Below are positions 54,590-64,000 of a DNA stretch of 64,000 nt, piece after piece (the first letter of the stretch is position 1; every line of letters begins with the position of its first letter). This DNA comes from Proteobacteria bacterium bin106. GTDB taxonomy: Bacteria > Bdellovibrionota_B > Oligoflexia > Oligoflexales > Bin106. Below the pieces are notes generated by a model. The model was not told the origin of the DNA, did not search any database, and worked only from the letters and a program-made list of their open reading frames with translations. Made by a program: the position numbers and the translations under genes. The DNA lies in assembly GCA_002238945.1 (NCBI GenBank), contig MPNI01000002.1, positions 72,855 to 136,854 of the forward strand. Direction: 5' to 3'.

Positions 54590-56014
54590 TCACAACGGTT
54601 CTACCACATCTGCACTTGCTAGCAAGCCAGGATGAGATACTTCTTTGAGTGGTTGCCTGCCTAGAAGCGATGAAACCAGCATTTTGCCAAAATAAGCAGC
54701 AAAAAAATAGCCGGTTTTATCCAAACCTCCAAACAACCACATAGAAGCATACTTCTTTGCAACACGACTGTGTTCATTTTGCCAAAGAGCGCCCATAACA
54801 GGCTTGCCCTCACGCAAAGTAAGACGTCTAGCTGAATGCATCCACAATGCTTGGGCTTTTAAAAATCCTGCACGACCTTCTCTAAGAGACATTTTATGGC
54901 TCGCTTGATAAAACTGCCTGATAGCCTTTTGACACTCCTGACACACCTGATCTTTAACACCACTCTCAGTCCCATTCCCTGTGAAATAGGACTGCTTTAT
55001 GCTTAGAGGCCTTTTTGCTGTTAAGCAATATGGACACCCCTGAGATGATAATGAGCTAGCAACTTTTGTATTAAATGAACCAAACGCATACTTCACACAA
55101 GAAGAATCTATCACCTCTCCTCGGCACGATCTTGCCCCTTGCTTCCAAGCAAACATATTACTTTGCACAGGATTGTCGATATTAAGAGCTGCAAGCAAAG
55201 TGTTACGACAATCAGGTGCAAGCCACGAAAATACCCGTCCATAACTCATAGAGCTCTTTACAGAAAATCTCAGCTTCAACTGTTTCAATGTTGTAGGTAA
55301 AGCATCACCCACACATAACACCACATGACTATAAGAACGATGAGCAATATGCCAGCAAGAACCTTTATAAACAGGCAATGCGTGATGATGAAAGAAACGG
55401 TTGTTTTTATGAGTGAGTACGAAAGCCTTTAAAGATTCCAGTAAACGCTTTGGAGAATACACAAAACCCTGAGGATACACGTAAGCATACGGAAACATAC
55501 CTTCACTTAGCTTTTCACGTAATAACCGTGAATTGTTAGAATCAGAATGATGATACGATAGAAAATCTTTGGTAAAAAAACCCTGAGGAGCTCTTTGATA
55601 AGTACGTTGTGCCTGAAGACGATAATCTTTTAACGTTTGAAACGGCTCTATCACACCGCCTTGATGCCAAAGAGAAGAAGCAGGTGATATGTCTTTACAA
55701 GATAAAGAGTGAGAAGATAACTCGCTTAGTAACTCTTTAAGAGCCCAAAAACCACGCATTTTTCCATGAAATACACCACTACGAGCTAGTGATATGCCCT
55801 TAAGAGTAGCAACGCCTTGAGCTGCCTCACTGGCACTCATAGTACCACTCTGTTGATGATGATAGATATGCACACACCGCTGAGCTTTACAGAGATAATA
55901 AGCTACAGATAATCCAGCAATACCTGCTCCTATCACAGCAATAGGAAGATCATCCTGTAAAGAGTTATGTTGCTTCAGGTGAGCCATCGTTATCATCACC
56001 AGATGGTGAAGCAC
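54590..56014 (-). CDS. FAD-dependent oxidoreductase (DAO/glycine-oxidase-like fold)
   Basis: N-terminal dinucleotide-binding motif [16 protein letters not shown]. The 5' end overlaps the gyrA 3' end by 23-50 nt, depending on which Met is used. Confidence 0.6.
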   Translation of the reverse strand: MLHHLVMITMAHLKQHNSLQDDLPIAVIGAGIAGLSVAYYLCKAQRCVHIYHHQQSGTMSASEAAQGVATLKGISLARSGVFHGKMRGFWALKELLSELSSHSLSCKDISPASSLWHQGGVIEPFQTLKDYRLQAQRTYQRAPQGFFTKDFLSYHHSDSNNSRLLREKLSEGMFPYAYVYPQGFVYSPKRLLESLKAFVLTHKNNRFFHHHALPVYKGSCWHIAHRSYSHVVLCVGDALPTTLKQLKLRFSVKSSMSYGRVFSWLAPDCRNTLLAALNIDNPVQSNMFAWKQGARSCRGEVIDSSCVKYAFGSFNTKVASSLSSQGCPYCLTAKRPLSIKQSYFTGNGTESGVKDQVCQECQKAIRQFYQASHKMSLREGRAGFLKAQALWMHSARRLTLREGKPVMGALWQNEHSRVAKKYASMWLFGGLDKTGYFFAAYFGKMLVSSLLGRQPLKEVSHPGLLASADVVEPL

Positions 56015-58505
56015 TTGGTGAAGATGTGGTCAGTAAAGAATCTTGATCAGGACGAATAATAGCCACTGTTTGAATGGTTTCCTCTTCTCTAACATTCATC
56101 ATCCGCACCCCTTGAGTGTTTCGGCTCATGGTTGACATGCGTGATAGCCCCATTCTTAACATCGTGCCACGTGAAGTCATCAACACCACTTCATCATGAG
56201 AAGCTAAATGATACACACCCACAAGAGGACCATTACGGTTATTGACCTTAATGGTGATCACACCTTTACCACCACGTGAGGTGAGACGATAATCATCCAT
56301 AGAAGAGCATTTTCCATAACCATTCTTACACACCGAAAGAAGAGTTTTACCACGTACAGATTCAGGATCAAAAACCTCTAAAGCCACTGCTTGTTCATCT
56401 TTAGCTAAACGCATAGCTATGACACCACTGGAATTACGCCCTGTGGCACGAAAATCTTTGGCTTTAAAACGAATCACTTTTCCAGCAGAAGAAGCAATCA
56501 AAATATGATCGCTTTCTTTGGATAACTCCACTTCAAGAAGCCCATCACCCTCTTTAAGCAAGATACCAATAATGCCACTATTACGTATTTTGCTAAATAA
56601 ACGCAGAGGCGTTTTTTTGATCTGGCCTCTCACTGTCAAGCATGTAACATAAAGATCATCTTTGAAATCTGCCACCGGCATCACAGCCACAACATTTTCA
56701 CCTTCCGTTAGCGATAGCAAGTTAGCTACATGTTTACCACGAGAACGCTGGTGAGCTTCCGGTATCTCATAAACCTTAAGACAATACACTCTGCCAAAGT
56801 TGGTAAAACATAAAAGATCTTGATGATTGGTACACTCAAAAACCTGAGCTGTAGAATCATCGTCTTTCATCAACATACCACTACGACCACGACCACCCCG
56901 TCTTTGTGTCTGAATATCCTCTGTGGTAGTACGCTTGATATAACCAGCTAGTGATAAGGTGACAACAACAGACACATCTTCAACTAAAGATTGCAACGTG
57001 ATTTCATCAGCCGGCGTTTGAAAGATCTCGGTACGACGCTCATCACCAAAGCGCTCCACCACTTCATTAAGTTCGGTTAAGATAATATCCGTCACGCGCT
57101 GAGGAGTTGCCAAAATATCTTCTAAATCTTTAATGCTATCTTGTAAGTCTTTGACTTCTGCTATAACCTTTTCTCTTTCTAGTCCCGTCAAGCGCGCTAG
57201 ACGCATATCAAGAATAGCCTTAGCCTGCACCTCAAGAAGCTTAAAACGCTCCATAAGAAACTGCTGAGCCGCACTGTTATCAGCAGCAGCACGAATACCT
57301 GCCACCACTTCGTCAATGTTTTCAATGGCAACTTTTAAGCCCAAATACAAAGTCAGTTTTTCTTCTGCTTTAACAAGCAAAAACGATGTTCGTCTCAGCA
57401 CGATCTCTCGACGAAAGCTGTAAAACTCACTGAGCATTTCTTTAAGACTGACTCGCTTAGGAACACCTCTTAACAAAGCCACCATGTTCATGCCATAAGA
57501 TGTTTGCAAAGGCGTGAGCTTAAAAAGATGATTGCGTATCACCTCTGCAGACTCTCCTTGCTTACACTCCACCACAACACGAATACCCTGCTTCGATGAT
57601 TCATCACGGATATCAGCTATGCCTTCAATCTTCTTTTCATGAACAAGCTTAGCTATATTTTCCACCAAACGCGCTTTATTCACCAAATACGGGATTTGTG
57701 TGATGATAATCCGTGACTTACCACGGAATTTGGGATGATCATCCGCTGATTCTATCTCAGTACGAGATCTCACCTGAATGGATCCTCGCCCAGTAAGATA
57801 ACCCTGACGAATACCACTCACTCCATGAATCTCTCCACCACCAGGAAAGTCAGGGCCAGGCATATGCTCAAGAAGCTCATCCACTGTGATACTAGGACGC
57901 TCCATCAAGGCCTTAAGTGCTGAAACCACTTCTGTGAGATTGTGAGGCAAAATAAAGGTTGCCATACCCACCGCAATACCTGATGAACCATTCACCAAAA
58001 GATGAGGAATGCGAGTCGGTAGCACGACAGGCTCTTGTTCTTTGTTGTCATAATTAGGCACAAAATCCACTGTGCCTTTATCAATATCAGCAAGCAAATA
58101 CTCTGCATATTGCTGCATACGTGACTCGGTATAACGCATGGCTGCTGCACTATCACCATCGATGGAACCAAAGTTTCCCTGACCATCCACCACAGGATAA
58201 CGCATGGCAAATTCTTGAGCCATACGCACCAAAGCATCATATACAGAGTTATCACCATGAGGATGGTATTTTCCAAGTACATCACCCACAATCCGAGCTG
58301 ATTTAAGATAAGGGCGATTATGAAGCATTTTCAATTCATGCATGGCATATAAAATGCGCCGGTGTACAGGCTTTAAACCATCACGAATATCCGGTAAAGC
58401 CCGAGAGACAATAACACTCATGGCATAACTCAAAAAAGAGTTATGCATCTCTTCTTCAATATGTGTGGTTTCAATGATTTCTGTTTGTTCTTCCAAAAGC
58501 CTCAC
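55965..58505 (-). CDS. gyrA: DNA gyrase subunit A
   Basis: [38 protein letters not shown] and AAMRYTE (active-site Tyr region), plus C-terminal beta-pinwheel repeats. GTG start. Confidence 0.97.
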   Translation of the reverse strand: MRLLEEQTEIIETTHIEEEMHNSFLSYAMSVIVSRALPDIRDGLKPVHRRILYAMHELKMLHNRPYLKSARIVGDVLGKYHPHGDNSVYDALVRMAQEFAMRYPVVDGQGNFGSIDGDSAAAMRYTESRMQQYAEYLLADIDKGTVDFVPNYDNKEQEPVVLPTRIPHLLVNGSSGIAVGMATFILPHNLTEVVSALKALMERPSITVDELLEHMPGPDFPGGGEIHGVSGIRQGYLTGRGSIQVRSRTEIESADDHPKFRGKSRIIITQIPYLVNKARLVENIAKLVHEKKIEGIADIRDESSKQGIRVVVECKQGESAEVIRNHLFKLTPLQTSYGMNMVALLRGVPKRVSLKEMLSEFYSFRREIVLRRTSFLLVKAEEKLTLYLGLKVAIENIDEVVAGIRAAADNSAAQQFLMERFKLLEVQAKAILDMRLARLTGLEREKVIAEVKDLQDSIKDLEDILATPQRVTDIILTELNEVVERFGDERRTEIFQTPADEITLQSLVEDVSVVVTLSLAGYIKRTTTEDIQTQRRGGRGRSGMLMKDDDSTAQVFECTNHQDLLCFTNFGRVYCLKVYEIPEAHQRSRGKHVANLLSLTEGENVVAVMPVADFKDDLYVTCLTVRGQIKKTPLRLFSKIRNSGIIGILLKEGDGLLEVELSKESDHILIASSAGKVIRFKAKDFRATGRNSSGVIAMRLAKDEQAVALEVFDPESVRGKTLLSVCKNGYGKCSSMDDYRLTSRGGKGVITIKVNNRNGPLVGVYHLASHDEVVLMTSRGTMLRMGLSRMSTMSRNTQGVRMMNVREEETIQTVAIIRPDQDSLLTTSSPSASPSGDDNDGSPEAT

Positions 58506-58544
58506 CCACTAACATGTCAATAGCTACTAATGTTATTTCATCTG

Positions 58545-61367
<2,823 letters not shown>

Positions 61368-61423
61368 TTATATGGAAATAGATATGAAATTTTGTAAAAA
61401 TGTGTTTATGAGACTCATAACAC

Positions 61424-62596
61424 TCATGATGTTCCGTACTGTTCATCCACAGGAGCAAAAACATGCCTTGAATGACAACCGTAAGGTTCCTCAAGTGCAT
61501 ATATCACAAATGGAGCATGACGTCCTAAGACAGTTAATATAACGTGTGTACCAGCAAGATGAGATAGTACATCAATAATACCCGTTCCATGTAGCCCTAT
61601 TTCTATCTTTTGGGGAAACGATGTGGACAACTCCATAACTTCTTTACCCCAAGACTCTTTGTTTTGCGATGAAATCGTCAATTGGCTTTCAAAGAAGCTC
61701 AACTGAACAATAGGAATTTGGGGTGACACAAGGAGTATACGTCTCATTGTGCCAAGAAACAACTCTCGGGATATATTTACTTTAAATAATCCAGGAGTAT
61801 CTTCATTAAGAAGAACACTCATATAATGCGGATAAGCCGCATAAGAAAGACGGATAAACACTTTAAACCCTGGCACAGACATAGAACACATATCTTGTTG
61901 AGCTGATAAAGAAAAATCGATGGTTTCTCCATCATGATCAGCCATTTTTTGCATCACCATAAGGCCCTTTCGAGCAATACAAATGCCTTCTTTGAGAAAG
62001 CTTTCATCAATGTCACAAGCACCAATGTCACAAGGCATTTGACTATAAGATAGCCGCACACTATCTGTGGCCACAAGACGTAAATGCCCATCTATATGAT
62101 GAAAGTAGCCTACTTCAGAATAAATATACGCACTATCAAGTCCCACCGCTGTAATCACTTGAGAGGTAAGATAACTCAAAGCTTGAGTCTCAAGCTTCAC
62201 TGTGGTGACATCATTTAAGTGAGGTTCTTCAAGCCAACTGAATTTATCAATTAAAGGAAGTTTCATTTGAAACTGAGTGTTTTCAAATACTCTTACCACA
62301 AGCGCGTTTTCTTCTATAGATAAACCCACTTCTCCAGTAGGAAGCTGTTTAACTATTTCAGTGAATAAACGTGCTGCAATAAAACACTCTCCAACTCCCT
62401 GTACCATACAGTTGACTTGTGCATAAAGATCCATATGCGCATCAGAAGCATTGAGCTGTAATGTTCCGTTCATACCTTCAAGGCTTTGGTCTAAATGTGC
62501 TCTTACTCCCACATACCCCATCTTACGATCCATGAGTACAGGCTGAAGCTTAACAACAATAGAAGATAGCTCTTGTGATGAAACAGTGATGCGCAC
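61424..62596 (-). CDS. dnaN: DNA polymerase III beta sliding clamp
   Basis: Size, three-domain repeat pattern, and position between dnaA and gyrB. The N-terminus (V)RITVSSQELSS is typical. GTG start. Confidence 0.88.
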   Translation of the reverse strand: MRITVSSQELSSIVVKLQPVLMDRKMGYVGVRAHLDQSLEGMNGTLQLNASDAHMDLYAQVNCMVQGVGECFIAARLFTEIVKQLPTGEVGLSIEENALVVRVFENTQFQMKLPLIDKFSWLEEPHLNDVTTVKLETQALSYLTSQVITAVGLDSAYIYSEVGYFHHIDGHLRLVATDSVRLSYSQMPCDIGACDIDESFLKEGICIARKGLMVMQKMADHDGETIDFSLSAQQDMCSMSVPGFKVFIRLSYAAYPHYMSVLLNEDTPGLFKVNISRELFLGTMRRILLVSPQIPIVQLSFFESQLTISSQNKESWGKEVMELSTSFPQKIEIGLHGTGIIDVLSHLAGTHVILTVLGRHAPFVIYALEEPYGCHSRHVFAPVDEQYGTS

Positions 62597-62599
62597 GCT

Positions 62600-62844
62600 T
62601 TATCCACTCCTTATGGTGTCTCTATAGCTATAAAGAAGGAGTATAATATATCTGTAGTAGTATTAGTAGGTGATTTTTTCTGTGGAAAAGCCTATGAAAC
62701 CTCTGTGTAGCCCACAATCTTCATAGGATAACTTTGTGGAAAACTTTCTTAAAGGATGTGGATAGAATGGGATATCATAGAGCCTAAGGGGAACATGTTC
62801 GTTACACATCAATCCATACACAACGTATCCCCAACTTATTCACA
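62600..62844. promoter_or_regulatory. DnaA-box cluster / candidate oriC in the dnaA-dnaN spacer
   Basis: Five 9-mers, each one mismatch from TTATCCACA; three of them also fit the looser TTWTNCACA. TTATCCACT 62600-62608; TGTGGAAAA 62681-62689 and 62735-62743 (rc TTTTCCACA); TGTGGATAG 62757-62765 (rc CTATCCACA); TTATTCACA 62836-62844. AT-rich stretch at 62641-62670. Confidence 0.6.
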
Positions 62845-62896
62845 ACACGTTTTTTACAATAAGATAAGAAGCTATAATCGCCAAAGAGGTAGGTGT

Positions 62897-64000
62897 TTAG
62901 CAAGATACTTGTTGACTTAAAGAGATGATGGTGGATGTGATTTGATCCACATGAAAGCGTAGCTTAGCATCTGTTTTGCAGCTAGCAGCGATTTTCTTAA
63001 CTCCATAAAGCACGGTGGTGTGGTCTTTACCACCAAAGGCAGCCCCTATCTCAGGTAAGGAATGAGAGGTGAGCTCCTTAGATAGGTAAAACGCCACTTG
63101 ACGTGGAAGTGATACCACTCGATGGCGTTTTGCAGAACGTAGATCACAGGCTTTGATGTCGTAATGTTTTGCCACAGTTTTTTGTATGAGATCTATACTG
63201 ACTTTGTTTTGCTGATGGTTGTTGAGATGCTGAAACGCTGATACAGCAAGATCAAGATTGATGGTGTGAGCATGGAATCCAGCGAAAGCCACAAGACGCC
63301 TTAGAGCTCCTTCCAGTTCTCTAACATTACGTCTACAACGTGAGGCGATATAAGCAATCACATCAGCAGGAACGTTTACTTTCATATCTTCAGCTTTTGA
63401 ATAAAGGATAGCCATGCGATGTTCCGTGTCAGGAGGCTGGATATCAGAAATAAGCCCCCACTCAAAACGATTGCGCAATCGATCCTCAATATCACTGATT
63501 TCGTTAGGATATTTATCAGAAGTGATAATGATTTGTTGCTTACGTTCATAAAGAGCATTGAATACATGGAAGAATTCTTCTTGAGTAGCTTTTTTGCCAG
63601 ATATGAACTGAATATCATCCACTAAAAGTACATCACATCGCGTGTACTTTTCTTTGAAACGAGCCTGCTGACCATGACGTATGCAATGAATGAGCTCGTT
63701 CATAAAGTTATGGGTTGTGGTATGAAGCACATGAAGATGATCATGTATAGCTGCTATCTTACCCCCTACTGCATGAAGGAGGTGGGTTTTTCCAAGCCCA
63801 GAATGTCCGTAAATAAACAAAGGATTGTAGTTGGTACCTGGACTTTCAGCTACACTCTGACAGGTAGCATAAGCAAACTGATTGGAGGGGCCTTTAACAA
63901 AGTTATCAAAGGTGTAAGAAGAGTTTAGAGTGTTAGAAGTGGCTGTTTGACTAGAATGACTAGCAGAGGACTCCTGAGAGGCTGTAGGTAGTACGACGGT
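62897..64000 (-). CDS. dnaA: chromosomal replication initiator DnaA (N-terminus beyond window end)
   Basis: YNPLFIYGHSGLGKTHL (Walker A), LLVDDIQF (Walker B), and the C-terminal DNA-binding domain GGKDHTTVLYGVKKI. The frame continues upstream of the ORF-track start (63820) to the window edge. Confidence 0.95.
   Translation of the reverse strand, partial: TVVLPTASQESSASHSSQTATSNTLNSSYTFDNFVKGPSNQFAYATCQSVAESPGTNYNPLFIYGHSGLGKTHLLHAVGGKIAAIHDHLHVLHTTTHNFMNELIHCIRHGQQARFKEKYTRCDVLLVDDIQFISGKKATQEEFFHVFNALYERKQQIIITSDKYPNEISDIEDRLRNRFEWGLISDIQPPDTEHRMAILYSKAEDMKVNVPADVIAYIASRCRRNVRELEGALRRLVAFAGFHAHTINLDLAVSAFQHLNNHQQNKVSIDLIQKTVAKHYDIKACDLRSAKRHRVVSLPRQVAFYLSKELTSHSLPEIGAAFGGKDHTTVLYGVKKIAASCKTDAKLRFHVDQITSTIISLSQQVSC

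Overview
This window looks like an origin-proximal chromosomal segment of a moderately AT-rich diderm bacterium. I cannot assign a taxon from sequence alone; the gene content is compatible with a Bdellovibrionota/Oligoflexia-like or other proteobacteria-like lineage. I can support about 45 protein-coding genes. I recognised no rRNA, tRNA, CRISPR array, transposase, integrase or prophage gene.

Right end, all on the minus strand:
- dnaA (partial, runs off the window), then a 300-bp spacer with five DnaA-box-like 9-mers (probable oriC), then dnaN, gyrB and gyrA.
- An FAD oxidoreductase, a 450-bp nest of tandem repeats, a lipoprotein and a partial dcw block (murE-murF-mraY-murD).
- Further left: an FHA/HD-GYP protein, RNase J, a nucleosidase-like gene, a PP2C phosphatase, an M23 peptidase and secA.

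Middle:
- An ABC exporter.
- Two adjacent paralogous lipoproteins. One carries about 640 nt of 21-nt (GKGGV[LG]Q heptad) repeats.
- A degenerate pyruvate-kinase-like gene, a YdiJ-like FAD/Fe-S oxidase, an S1 protease and several orphan lipoproteins.

Left:
- A complete Na+-NQR operon (nqrABCDEF-apbE-nqrM).
- An orphan MCE protein with a beta-rich C-terminal domain, and ftsB.
- A four-gene K+ module: N-terminally extended TrkH, TrkA/KtrA, a TM-HAMP-PAS-like orphan sensor and a 6TM Kv-type channel.

The most unusual global property is the density of short perfect tandem repeats. Intergenic units are 6-14 nt. Units inside genes are always multiples of 3 nt. Several arrays sit on stop codons, on translation-initiation regions, or inside essential housekeeping genes.

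All functional calls rest on motifs I recognised by eye in the supplied translations. No database search was run.
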